Assembly: GCA_045587925.1 (NCBI GenBank)
Contig: JAZNDF010000121.1
Location: 2,403-66,402 of the forward strand
Source: Faecousia sp.
GTDB lineage: Bacteria > Bacillota > Clostridia > Oscillospirales > Oscillospiraceae
Reading direction: 5' to 3'
Length of the DNA stretch: 64,000 nucleotides
Positions 10,057 to 19,730 of this stretch are shown here, one piece after another (position 1 is the first letter of the stretch; each line of letters starts with the position of its first letter). The notes beneath the pieces are model-generated. The model was not told where the DNA came from. It made no database searches and worked only from the letters and a program-made list of their open reading frames with translations. The position numbers and the translations under genes are program-made.

Positions 10057-10410
10057 TCATTCCGGTACATAGACATATTCAATGAGCTTATTAAACCGGG
10101 TCTGTCCTATGCCGTCTACATTCAGAAGCTCTCCAATACCGGTAAACGGACCGTTTTCCTCCCGATAATTTACAATGTTTTGGGCAGTAACCTCACCGAT
10201 GCCCGGAATATCCAGGAGCTGTTCAACAGTTGCGGTGTTTATATTTAATTTATTTTCTGTCTGAACTGTGGCTTGCGTCCCGGAGGATTGCTGTTTCTTT
10301 TGATTTTTTAACCAGACGGCTGAAATCGTGTTTCTTCCGATGAAAATGCCGATCAGGATACACAAAAAAGCAGAGGTAACAAAAATCAGTGCGGCTTGAC
10401 CTTTTTTCAT
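10057..10410 (-). CDS. ComEA-like helix-hairpin-helix DNA-binding membrane protein
   Basis: N-terminal TM segment, then KLNINTAT.EQL..IPGIG..TAQNIVNYREENGPF..LLNVDGIG. Confidence 0.88.
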   Translation of the reverse strand: MKKGQAALIFVTSAFLCILIGIFIGRNTISAVWLKNQKKQQSSGTQATVQTENKLNINTATVEQLLDIPGIGEVTAQNIVNYREENGPFTGIGELLNVDGIGQTRFNKLIEYVYVPE

Positions 10411-10430
10411 ATAACGAACCTCACATAACA

Positions 10431-10459
10431 TTGACGGGAAAGTAATTTGTTGCTATAAT
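10431..10459 (+). promoter_or_regulatory. sigma-A type promoter
   Basis: TTGACG-17 nt-TATAAT with TG extension. Confidence 0.65.
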
Positions 10460-10524
10460 GCACTTATATTATATACGGGATTTTTCCGGTGGGCAAGTCC
10501 TGTAACAGAATATGAGGAAGAAAT

Positions 10525-11943
10525 ATGAAAAAAATAGGCCTTCTCTGCCTGAGCTTTTGCCTTGCGTTTGCACTTTGCTTGAATGTATATACGGTTTCCG
10601 CTGAGGAAATTTCCCAAAATCAGACGATCGCGAAGGGAGCACATACCTTAGATGGCGGTGTGCCGCTTTTGGGTACGGACCCCTTGGTGAGCAATGTTCA
10701 GTCTGCGATCGTCTATGAAACGAAGTCACAGACTTTAATGTATGCGTATAATGCCGATGAACAGATACATCCAGCCAGCCTGGTAAAAATACTGACGGCT
10801 TTGATCGTTGCGGAACAGGCGGATCTTTCCGATTCGGTTACGGTTCAGGAGGCCACGCTTAATTCGGTCGCGTCCGATGCAGTTTCTGCGGATCTGCTTG
10901 CAGGGGAAGTTATGACCGTCTCTGATCTGCTGTACTGTATGATGGTGGCATCTGCCAATGATGCGGCAGCTGTTCTGGCGGAGTATGTAGCAGGCAGTCA
11001 AAGCGCATTTGTTGAACAGATGAATGAATATGCACTGGAGCTTGGCTGTACCCAGACGAATTTTACCAATGTTCACGGCCTGCACGATGAACAGCAGTAT
11101 TCAACGGCTCGTGATATGGGAAGAATTCTTGCCAAGGCAATGGAAAACGAAGTTTTTCGGGAAGTGTTCGGTGCAATTTACTATGATGTTCCGGAAACGA
11201 ATTTATCAAAAGAGAGAAAATTGGCAACCGGAAACTATCTGATGAACAATGATGATGTTCAGATCTATTACGATGGCAGAGTTACCGGTGGACGGACTGC
11301 AGTGACCAATTCAGGCTATCGCAGTGTTGCCACATCCGCTGAGGCTAACGGTATGCAGCTGATTTGCATTGTTACAGGTGCGCAGTCTGTTATTCGGGAT
11401 GACGGCTATACAGTTGAAATTTTCGGTGGCTATAACGAAACATCCCTTTTGCTGAATTCCGGCTTTGACGGCTTTGAGGCAAAACAAATTGTGTATGCAG
11501 GTCAGGCAATGGAGCAGTATGCGGTGGAAAACGGCGCATCGGATGTGGTTGTGGGTGCGGTCGATTCCGTGTACACGGTCTTACCCCAGGAGGCAGGCAT
11601 TGACGATCTTGACTATCGGCTAAATAATGTCACAGGTACGCTTAAGGCACCGATAGACAAAAACCAAAAGCTTTCCCAGCTGGAAGTATGGTATGGAGAG
11701 GTTTGCGTTGCACACATTGATTTGTGCGCTATGAATGCGGTGCCCGTTGCACAAAATCACATACAGGATGACGGCAATCACACCGGCAATTTCCCGTGGA
11801 AGGCCGTGTTGACAGTGGCGATCTGTATCATTGTGGGAATAGCGGTTTTGCTGATCGCTTTTCGTGCAGCGGGTGCTATGAAAAAAGCTTCCGGCAGGAG
11901 CCGCGCGCGCAAGCATAGAAAAAACCGCAGAAGGAGCAGATAA
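10525..11943 (+). CDS. D-alanyl-D-alanine carboxypeptidase (peptidase S11)
   Basis: Signal peptide, PASLVK (SxxK), SAND (SxN), NVHGL, C-terminal TM and basic tail; KTG triad reads RTA. Confidence 0.87.
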   Translation: MKKIGLLCLSFCLAFALCLNVYTVSAEEISQNQTIAKGAHTLDGGVPLLGTDPLVSNVQSAIVYETKSQTLMYAYNADEQIHPASLVKILTALIVAEQADLSDSVTVQEATLNSVASDAVSADLLAGEVMTVSDLLYCMMVASANDAAAVLAEYVAGSQSAFVEQMNEYALELGCTQTNFTNVHGLHDEQQYSTARDMGRILAKAMENEVFREVFGAIYYDVPETNLSKERKLATGNYLMNNDDVQIYYDGRVTGGRTAVTNSGYRSVATSAEANGMQLICIVTGAQSVIRDDGYTVEIFGGYNETSLLLNSGFDGFEAKQIVYAGQAMEQYAVENGASDVVVGAVDSVYTVLPQEAGIDDLDYRLNNVTGTLKAPIDKNQKLSQLEVWYGEVCVAHIDLCAMNAVPVAQNHIQDDGNHTGNFPWKAVLTVAICIIVGIAVLLIAFRAAGAMKKASGRSRARKHRKNRRRSR

Positions 11944-11944
11944 T

Positions 11945-12508
11945 ATGCTGAACTGGGAGGAATTGGAGCAGCGGTGTCAAAGCTGTTATAGCTGTCCGCT
12001 GTGTCACACCCGAAATAATGTCGTGTTTGGCGTAGGACCCAGAAATGCAGATGTGATGTTTATCGGAGAAGGCCCCGGAGAACAGGAGGACCTTCAGGGT
12101 GAGCCCTTTGTGGGCGCGGCAGGAAAGCTTCTGGACGATATGCTGTCGATCATTGACTTAGGTCGCCATAATTGCTATATTGCAAATATCGTTAAGTGCC
12201 GCCCACCGGGAAACCGTGACCCAAAGGACGAGGAGCAGGATGTATGTATCCATTACCTGCGCAATCAGGTTGGGCTTATCCAACCGAAGATCATTGTTTG
12301 CCTGGGAAGAATTGCGGCAAAACGGCTGATAGATCCGGATTTCCGCATTACAAGGGAGCATGGCACCTGGTATTGTAAAAATGGAATTTGGATGACGGCC
12401 CTTTACCATCCCTCTGCGCTCCTGCGGGATGTTACCAAGAGACCGGATACCTTTGAGGATCTGCTGGAAATTCGCAAGAAGATCCGGGAAGAACATATCG
12501 ATATATAA
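11945..12508 (+). CDS. Uracil-DNA glycosylase family 4 (Fe-S)
   Basis: CxxC, IGEGPG..ED..G.PFVG.AG, NIVKCRPP.NR.P, YHPS. Confidence 0.93.
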   Translation: MLNWEELEQRCQSCYSCPLCHTRNNVVFGVGPRNADVMFIGEGPGEQEDLQGEPFVGAAGKLLDDMLSIIDLGRHNCYIANIVKCRPPGNRDPKDEEQDVCIHYLRNQVGLIQPKIIVCLGRIAAKRLIDPDFRITREHGTWYCKNGIWMTALYHPSALLRDVTKRPDTFEDLLEIRKKIREEHIDI

Positions 12509-12542
12509 AAACTTCGGATCGATTACTGATCCGAAGTTTTTT
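12507..12542. terminator. Bidirectional terminator
   Basis: AAAAACTTCGGATC...GATCCGAAGTTTTTT. Confidence 0.8.
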
Positions 12543-13470
12543 CGTAGGTTAGTACTTCTTTTGCAATATAAATAGGTCTGTTTTTACTTTGCTCAAAGGT
12601 TCTGCCCACATACTCGCCGATAATTCCGGTGCAAAGCAGCTGCATACCGCCCAGGAAAAGAATCAGGACAATATTTGTAGCATAACCGGGGATATCAATA
12701 CCGGAGATCAGCTTTTGCAGGATAACAAAAATCAGGTACAAGAAAGCGGCCGCCGCACTGATGCCACCTAAAAGGGTGGCGATTTTCAAAGGCTTGGTGG
12801 AATAACCGATAATGCCGTCGACTGCATAGTTAAACAGCTTGCGGAAGCTCCATTTGCTGGTTCCGGCTACGCGCTCACAGGCAACATAGGGGATAAAATG
12901 GGTGTTATAACCGATCCAGGCAAATATGCCCTTGGAAAAACGGTGATATTCCCCCATATCAATGAGACTGTCTGCAACACTTCTGCGGAAGGTGCGAAAA
13001 TCGCTGGCATCGGATTTCAGATTGATATCAGACATACGGTTAATGAGCCGATAAAAACCCTTCTTAAAGAAGGACAGCAGTTTCCCTTCGCCGCGACGGT
13101 CCTGATAAGCGGCGACCACATCGTAGTCCTCATTGTTTTCCAGAATATCTACCATTTCCCGAACGATCTCAGGCCGTTGCTGAAGGTCTGCATCGATCAG
13201 AGAAACATATTCTCCCGATGTTTGCTTCAAACCAGCGTAGAGAGCTGCCTCCTTGCCGAAGTTGCGGGACAGTGTGATAACCTTTACCGGGCATTTTTGT
13301 GCCTTGTGGAGCTTGCGAAGCTGGTGCAAGGTAGCATCCTGACTGCCATCATTTACATATACAATTTCAAAATCATAGCCACAGCCTGCAAATGCGCTGA
13401 TGGCCGCTTCCTGAAAGGGGGCAACATTTTCTGCTTCGTTATAGCAGGGGACAACCAGAGATAATTTCAT
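12523..13470 (-). CDS. Glycosyltransferase family 2 (GtrB/bactoprenol glucosyltransferase-like)
   Basis: VVPCYNE, VNDGS.D, SRNFGKEAAL.AG, IDADLQ, two C-terminal TMs, GIIGEYVGR. Confidence 0.9.
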   Translation of the reverse strand: MKLSLVVPCYNEAENVAPFQEAAISAFAGCGYDFEIVYVNDGSQDATLHQLRKLHKAQKCPVKVITLSRNFGKEAALYAGLKQTSGEYVSLIDADLQQRPEIVREMVDILENNEDYDVVAAYQDRRGEGKLLSFFKKGFYRLINRMSDINLKSDASDFRTFRRSVADSLIDMGEYHRFSKGIFAWIGYNTHFIPYVACERVAGTSKWSFRKLFNYAVDGIIGYSTKPLKIATLLGGISAAAAFLYLIFVILQKLISGIDIPGYATNIVLILFLGGMQLLCTGIIGEYVGRTFEQSKNRPIYIAKEVLTYEKTSDQ

Positions 13471-13544
13471 AATTTTCAACTCACAATATCTAAACTAAAG
13501 CTAATTATACGCATATTTCTGATTTTCGTCAAGAAAGATGCTGT

Positions 13545-14570
13545 TTATACTGCCAGAAGGCCCGCGAGCATCATAAGACAGATGGTTATAAACAGTGTAA
13601 AGATCGAAAGAAGGCTGGTCCACACAACCAGCTGTGTCGCAAGCTGTCCGTCATTTTTCATACCGGATGCCATAATCGCGCTGGAAACCGCAACGGGAGA
13701 ACCGAATACCGCGATCAGCGCGGGATACTCGCTGATACCGCAGGAAAGGAGGCTCGTATATCTGCTCAGAACAAATGCCAACCCAATACCAATGACCGGC
13801 GCCAGGATCGTTCGCCAAAGAGTGCCTACCAGAATTTCCTTGAACATACCGCCAACAGCAGAAAATTGGAATTGGCCGCCCAGCAGGATCAGCGCCAGCG
13901 GCGATGTAATGGCTTTAATATTGTCAAGGGTCGTATAAATGAATTTTGTGTCCCGGCTTAATGAAAACAGTGTCCTGCCGAGGCAATTGGCTTGCAGCTG
14001 CCGCAATCCCAGACACAAAAGTCCCAGAACAACGCCAATGATCAAGGGATTTGTTACCACGCCTTTGAGGATGTTCTTCAGGTCTATTTTCTTGCCTTCA
14101 GAATTTCGCATAAAGATCGTCAGAGAGATCACAGCAAAGGTGTTATATAAAGGAATTAAAAATGCTGAAACGATTGCCGCAACAGCCATAGCCTCTGCAC
14201 CGCCCAGCGCATTGGCAAGGGGCAGTCCGATGATCGCGTAATTGCTCCGGTAAACACACTGCATCACAACGCCTTTGCGTTCCGGTATGCGGGTCGACCG
14301 TGCGGCGATAAAGCTTAACAGGAACAAAAGACACACGGCAAATACCGTGTAAATTACAATATCCACCTTGATCGTGTTCAGACCTTCAATGTCGTACACA
14401 TTGACAAACAGCATAACCGGCAAGCAGATATTAAATACGAACTTGTTTCCGGTGACAATAAAGCTGTCGTTGAGTATGCCCACACGGCGCAATATATATC
14501 CAATAATGATCAGCAGCAAAATCGGAAATATAGAATTGACCGCAGTCAGTAAAATATGTCCTAAACCCAT
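13545..14570 (-). CDS. AEC (auxin efflux carrier) family transporter
   Basis: About 10 TMs, RSNYAIIGLPL, VTNPLI, SPVAVSS. Confidence 0.85.
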   Translation of the reverse strand: MGLGHILLTAVNSIFPILLLIIIGYILRRVGILNDSFIVTGNKFVFNICLPVMLFVNVYDIEGLNTIKVDIVIYTVFAVCLLFLLSFIAARSTRIPERKGVVMQCVYRSNYAIIGLPLANALGGAEAMAVAAIVSAFLIPLYNTFAVISLTIFMRNSEGKKIDLKNILKGVVTNPLIIGVVLGLLCLGLRQLQANCLGRTLFSLSRDTKFIYTTLDNIKAITSPLALILLGGQFQFSAVGGMFKEILVGTLWRTILAPVIGIGLAFVLSRYTSLLSCGISEYPALIAVFGSPVAVSSAIMASGMKNDGQLATQLVVWTSLLSIFTLFITICLMMLAGLLAV

Positions 14571-14696
14571 AGTGTTTCTCCCGATAAGAATATGCAGTCA
14601 TTATACATCCACCACAGTTTTGTGTCAATTGTTTGAAGATAAAAACATCAGTTGACAGAATGACAAAAATGTGGTATTTTATCTACGAATTATAAC

Positions 14697-14916
14697 ACAT
14701 TGATGGGGAAGTTTTGTCCGAAATCATTTCAGAGAGCGCGTGGCTGGTGTAAATGCGTATGGATCGGAGCAAATGGTCGCCCCGGAGTGGATTTCCTGAA
14801 AAAGCAGTAAGGAAGTATGGGTGCGCCCATTACAGCGCTTGAGTGCCCTTATTTGGGAATTCAGGTGGTACCGCGGAAATTTTTTCGCCCTGAGCTTTTG
14901 CCCAGGGCGTTTTTTA
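14697..14916 (+). promoter_or_regulatory. T-box riboswitch (Val)
   Basis: AGAGA and GCTGGTG stem-I motifs, GTC specifier at 14776-14778, T-box AATTCAGGTGGTACCGCG at 14858-14875, terminator CGCCCTG...CAGGGCG-TTTTT; TTGACA-17-TATTTT promoter at 14652-14680. Confidence 0.9.
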
Positions 14917-14932
14917 TTGAAGGAGTATGAAT

Positions 14933-17572
14933 ATGGCAAGAGAACTTCCAAAGGTTTATGAGCCCCAACAGGTAGAAAATCAGATTTATAAGATGTGGGA
15001 GGAGAACGGTTATTTCCGTCCTGCAGGTAATCGGGATGCAAAGCCGTTTACCATCGTTATGCCCCCTCCCAATGTGACCGGACAGCTGCATATGGGTCAC
15101 GCAATGGACGCAACCTTGCAGGATACCCTGATCCGCTTTAAGCGTATGCAGGGCTACAACGCCCTGTGGGTGCCCGGTGAGGACCACGCCGGTATTGCAA
15201 CCCAGATCAAGGTTGAAGAGGAGCTTCGCAAGGAAGGTCTGACCCGCTATGATCTGGGCCGTGAAAAGTTCCTGGAGCGGGTCTGGGACTGGAAGCATAA
15301 GTACGGCAACCGCATCGTAGAGCAACAGAAGAAGCTGGGTGCTTCCTGCGATTGGGAGCGCGCCCGCTTCACAATGGACGAAGGCTGCTCCAATGCAGTG
15401 CGGGAGGTCTTTGTTTCTCTTTATGAAAAGGGTCTCATTTATAAGGGAAGCCGTATTATCAACTGGTGTCCCAACTGTGTGACTGCACTGTCCGATGCTG
15501 AGGTCGAGTATGTTGATAAGCCCGGTCATCTGTGGCATATCCGCTATCCTCTGGCAGACGGAAGCGGGGAAGTGGTGGTTGCTACCACCCGTCCTGAAAC
15601 GATGCTGGGCGATACCGGTGTTTGCGTAAATCCCAATGACGAGCGCTATCAGGCGATCGTTGGAAAGAATGTAATCCTGCCCTTGGTGAACAAGGAAATT
15701 CCTGTAGTAGCAGATGACTATGCAGAAATGGAATTTGGTACCGGATGTGTCAAGATGACTCCTGCCCACGACCCCAATGACTTTGAGGTTGGCTTGCGGC
15801 ACAATCTGGAAGTGATCCGTGTGCTGGATGACAATGGTGTTGTCAACAGCTATGGCGGCAAATACGAGGGTCTGGACCGCTACGAGGCCAGAAAGGCGAT
15901 CGTTGCCGATCTGGAGGAACAGGGCTATCTTGTGAAGATCGAGGATCACGCCCACAATGTTGGCACCTGCTATCGTTGCCACAACGATGTGGAGCCGATC
16001 ATCTCTGCCCAGTGGTTTGTAAAAATGAAGCCTTTGGCAGAGGAAGCTGTGCGTGTTGTTAAGGAAGGGGAGACCAAGTTCGTACCTGACCGTTTCTCCA
16101 AGACATATCTCAACTGGATGGAGAATGTCCGTGACTGGTGTATCTCCCGTCAGCTGTGGTGGGGTCACCAGATTCCTGCCTGGACCTGTGAGGATTGCGG
16201 TCATATTACTGTATCCCGCACCGATGCCTGCAAGTGCGAAAAGTGCGGCAGTGCAAACATCCAGCGGGACCCCGATGTGCTGGATACCTGGTTCAGCTCT
16301 GCATTGTGGCCCTTTGAGACACTGGGTTGGCCTGAAAAAACAGAGGATCTGGAATACTTCTATCCTACCGATGTGCTGGTTACCGGCTATGACATTATCT
16401 TCTTCTGGGTCGCCAGAATGATCTTCTCCGGCTGTGAGCATATGAAGAAGACGCCTTTCCACACGGTTCTCATTCACGGCCTTGTTCGGGATGACAAGGG
16501 CCGTAAGATGTCCAAATCCTTGGGCAACGGCATCGATCCGCTGGAAATGATCGAAAAGTTCGGTTGTGATGCTCTTCGTATGAATATGGTTACCGGCAAC
16601 TCTCCCGGAAACGATATGCGCTTCTATGTAGAACGGTGCGAAGCAATGCGTAACTTTGCAAATAAGCTGTGGAATGCCAGCCGTTATGTGCTGATGAACC
16701 TGGGCGAGGATGCAAAGAATGAGCTGCCGGCTATGGACCAATTGACCATTGCTGACAAGTGGGTCCTGTCCAAGCTAAATTCTCTGATTGCAGAAGTAAC
16801 TGAAAATCTGGAAAAGTATGAGCTGGGTGTTGCGGTTGCAAAGGTCTACGATTTCCTGTGGGATACCTATTGTGACTGGTATATTGAGCTGACAAAGGCA
16901 AGACTTTACAGTGACGATGCACAGCAGAAGCAGACTGCACTGCAGGTGCTTGTGTATGTTCTGGATCAGACATTGCGGTTATTGCATCCCTTTATGCCCT
17001 TCATTACAGAAGAGATCTGGCAGAGCCTGCCCCATACAGGTGAGGCACTGATCATTGCCAAGTGGCCGGAATACGCAGAAGCGCTGGCATTTAAGGCTGA
17101 AGAAGCACAGATGGAATCTGTGATGAATGCTATCCGGTCTATTCGCAACCGCCGGGCAGAAATGAATGTTCCCCCGTCCAAGAAGGCATCCTTGTTCGTT
17201 CTGACCTCCAAGCCTGAGATCTTTACAGAGGGTGAAGGCTTTATTCAGCGCCTTGCCTACGCAGATCAGGTGACGATGCTTGATAAGGAGCCTGAAGATC
17301 TGAACGGTATGGTTTGCTGTACCACAGCGGATGCAAAGCTTTATATTCCTATGGGTGAGCTTGTGGATGTGGCTAAGGAAATGGAACGCATTGCCAAGGA
17401 GCTGGAAAAGGCAAGAAAGAATCTGGCTATGCTGGAAGGCAAGCTTTCCAACGAGAACTTTGTGTCCAGAGCACCGGAAGCTGTTGTGAATGCAGAAAAG
17501 GAAAAAGCGGCAAAGGCCCGTGACCTGATCGCACAGCTGGAAGAAAGCGAAGCAGCACTTAAGAATATTTAA
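14933..17572 (+). CDS. valS: Valine--tRNA ligase
   Basis: [30 protein letters not shown]-terminal coiled coil. Confidence 0.98.
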   Translation: MARELPKVYEPQQVENQIYKMWEENGYFRPAGNRDAKPFTIVMPPPNVTGQLHMGHAMDATLQDTLIRFKRMQGYNALWVPGEDHAGIATQIKVEEELRKEGLTRYDLGREKFLERVWDWKHKYGNRIVEQQKKLGASCDWERARFTMDEGCSNAVREVFVSLYEKGLIYKGSRIINWCPNCVTALSDAEVEYVDKPGHLWHIRYPLADGSGEVVVATTRPETMLGDTGVCVNPNDERYQAIVGKNVILPLVNKEIPVVADDYAEMEFGTGCVKMTPAHDPNDFEVGLRHNLEVIRVLDDNGVVNSYGGKYEGLDRYEARKAIVADLEEQGYLVKIEDHAHNVGTCYRCHNDVEPIISAQWFVKMKPLAEEAVRVVKEGETKFVPDRFSKTYLNWMENVRDWCISRQLWWGHQIPAWTCEDCGHITVSRTDACKCEKCGSANIQRDPDVLDTWFSSALWPFETLGWPEKTEDLEYFYPTDVLVTGYDIIFFWVARMIFSGCEHMKKTPFHTVLIHGLVRDDKGRKMSKSLGNGIDPLEMIEKFGCDALRMNMVTGNSPGNDMRFYVERCEAMRNFANKLWNASRYVLMNLGEDAKNELPAMDQLTIADKWVLSKLNSLIAEVTENLEKYELGVAVAKVYDFLWDTYCDWYIELTKARLYSDDAQQKQTALQVLVYVLDQTLRLLHPFMPFITEEIWQSLPHTGEALIIAKWPEYAEALAFKAEEAQMESVMNAIRSIRNRRAEMNVPPSKKASLFVLTSKPEIFTEGEGFIQRLAYADQVTMLDKEPEDLNGMVCCTTADAKLYIPMGELVDVAKEMERIAKELEKARKNLAMLEGKLSNENFVSRAPEAVVNAEKEKAAKARDLIAQLEESEAALKNI

Positions 17573-17579
17573 CACCAAT

Positions 17580-17612
17580 TTGGCAGGGATCGTATGTGAT
17601 CCCTGCCATTTT
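17580..17612 (+). terminator. Intrinsic terminator after valS
   Basis: TGGCAGGGATC...GATCCCTGCCA-TTTT. Confidence 0.8.
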
Positions 17613-17727
17613 CTATAAAAACAACTATCTCCTCTTAAGAGATAAAACCGTCTTGTCTTTGGCACGATTTTTTGTTAATAGCATATTTTGTATGTTATAA
17701 TTACAAAAAAATGCGGAGGCTGATCCA

Positions 17728-19629
17728 ATGAAACTTACAAAAACCAGTTCGATTGCCATTATTATACCGAAAATGCCTACTCCCAGAGAGAAGTTTGCCG
17801 CAGAGGAACTGCAAAAATACCTCTCTAAGATTTTCCCCGGTATGTATGCATATATCCTTACGGATGCGGATACTTGCGTGGATGAAAAGATCCTCATTGG
17901 CGGACCTGAGCATAATAAGGTCACGGCACAGTATATTTCAGAAGCTGAATTTGATGCCGTCGTTCCCGGACCGCAAGGTATTTACATTAAGGCGCACGGT
18001 GAGGATACATTGATACTTGCCGGAAGCAGCAAGAATGTAAACGAACTTGAACGGGGAACTCTTTATGCAGTTTATGAATTGCTGGAGCGTTATCTTGGCT
18101 GCTGTTTCGGTGCGTTTGTAAATCCCACCATCGCCGGCGGTGAGTATATTCCCCAACTGGATGAATATGACCTTGCAGACGCAGAATACATAAAAGCAGC
18201 TGCTGATAATATAATTCGTTCTGCCGGTATTGAATATTTTTCCCGTAAGGTAAACCACGTTCTAAATCTTGCTTATATTGATTGGTTGTGCAAGAACCGA
18301 TATTCTAGCATTGGCCTTTGGATGAACGGTTATGAGAGATACAAAAAGTATGGACTGCTGGAAGAAGTTTTGAAGCGAGGCATTCAGCTTAGTGTAGGCT
18401 CTCACGATATGTTGCCCACATTGCTTCCCTGGGAAGGAAACGAGTACTTCCCGGAGCATTACTATCAGACCCATCCGGAGTACTATAAGCTGATGGAAGA
18501 TGGGACGCGCTTCAAACCTGATCCTGCAAGACCTAATTTTGGCGGACTGCCGTTTTGTAACCGAAATCCTGATCTTCCCGGTATTTTGGCTGAGCACTTG
18601 CTGTATTGGCTGGAAAAGAATCCTGGAATTACCAGAGTGGGTCTATCTCCTATGGACGGAAAGCGGCCCCAGTGCTGCTGTGAGGAATGCAGTAAGTACA
18701 GTAAAATCGAGAATTACACACGACTGGTAAATGCTGTTGCAAAAGAAGTGCAAAAGACCCGTCCGGATATAACTGTTGGAATGGCACTTTATGTGGATCA
18801 ATGGGATTATCCGGAAGGCCTGGAATTGGTGGAAAACCTTAATGTTTGTATGTGTGTATGGCACCATACAGGTCTTCGAAATGTTGGCAAGGCAGATGGT
18901 AGTTGTATCGTTGGAACATTCTATGAAGAGGATCTGAAAAAATGGATCGCGGCTGGCGCTACCACCAGTTTTTCTGACTATTATATGGGTGTTCACTCCG
19001 GACGGCAGCGCTATATGCCCGCCGCTGACGAAATTCAAGCCTACTGGAAAATGTGTATGAGGATCGGTGCAAAGGGCATCGGTTCTCAGATGGAATATTA
19101 TAACTTCTGGAACAATATTTTTAACTTCTATGTGTTTGCCCGGACGGGTTATAACAGCGATTTGTCAATGGAAGACAATCTCCAGGCCTTTTCCAAGATC
19201 TTCGGTAAGGGTGGCGCATATATTGCGGAGATCATTCGCATTGCTGAGGCAACTCTGGAAGGACAGGAAAATCACAAGAGAGCCGGTCTGTATGTAATGC
19301 AGAACATCGATAAGAAAACCTGCTATGAACTGTTCGATAAGGCTTTTGATGCGGCAGAGACACCTGCGGCGCGGAATAATGTCCGTATGTTCCGTATGGC
19401 TTTCCGTTATTCAGATCTGGAATGTGAGCATACAGAGATCATCGGTCAGCACGGAATGATCTATCCTGCTTTTGAGAAGCCTGTGGATCCTACCGGCGAG
19501 CTGTACTATATGTGGAAGCATTTTGACAGCGGCCATCAGAACAATCCCGGCTTTGGCGTCTATTTCCCGCTGGATTGCGACGAACGGCTGGATTATGTGC
19601 CGGACAAGTGGTATCAATTTGAAGCATAA
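17728..19629 (+). CDS. DUF4838-like putative glycoside-hydrolase-fold protein (paralog 1)
   Basis: FAAEELQKYL, RGTLYAVYELLERYLGC, THPEYY, DG..CxCxxC; no signal peptide. Confidence 0.7.
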   Translation: MKLTKTSSIAIIIPKMPTPREKFAAEELQKYLSKIFPGMYAYILTDADTCVDEKILIGGPEHNKVTAQYISEAEFDAVVPGPQGIYIKAHGEDTLILAGSSKNVNELERGTLYAVYELLERYLGCCFGAFVNPTIAGGEYIPQLDEYDLADAEYIKAAADNIIRSAGIEYFSRKVNHVLNLAYIDWLCKNRYSSIGLWMNGYERYKKYGLLEEVLKRGIQLSVGSHDMLPTLLPWEGNEYFPEHYYQTHPEYYKLMEDGTRFKPDPARPNFGGLPFCNRNPDLPGILAEHLLYWLEKNPGITRVGLSPMDGKRPQCCCEECSKYSKIENYTRLVNAVAKEVQKTRPDITVGMALYVDQWDYPEGLELVENLNVCMCVWHHTGLRNVGKADGSCIVGTFYEEDLKKWIAAGATTSFSDYYMGVHSGRQRYMPAADEIQAYWKMCMRIGAKGIGSQMEYYNFWNNIFNFYVFARTGYNSDLSMEDNLQAFSKIFGKGGAYIAEIIRIAEATLEGQENHKRAGLYVMQNIDKKTCYELFDKAFDAAETPAARNNVRMFRMAFRYSDLECEHTEIIGQHGMIYPAFEKPVDPTGELYYMWKHFDSGHQNNPGFGVYFPLDCDERLDYVPDKWYQFEA

Positions 19630-19730
19630 TTCAAATCACACATTTTGCAATGTTTTTGAGAGCTTTTTGCAATTTACAATATTTTCTGGCTTGATATAAT
19701 ATCCCTATCGAAAATTTGGAGGTAGGAATT

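Noticed and set aside
14861-16741. 626-aa ORF antisense to valS
   Set aside because: Shadow frame of a highly codon-biased gene; no SD or recognisable motif
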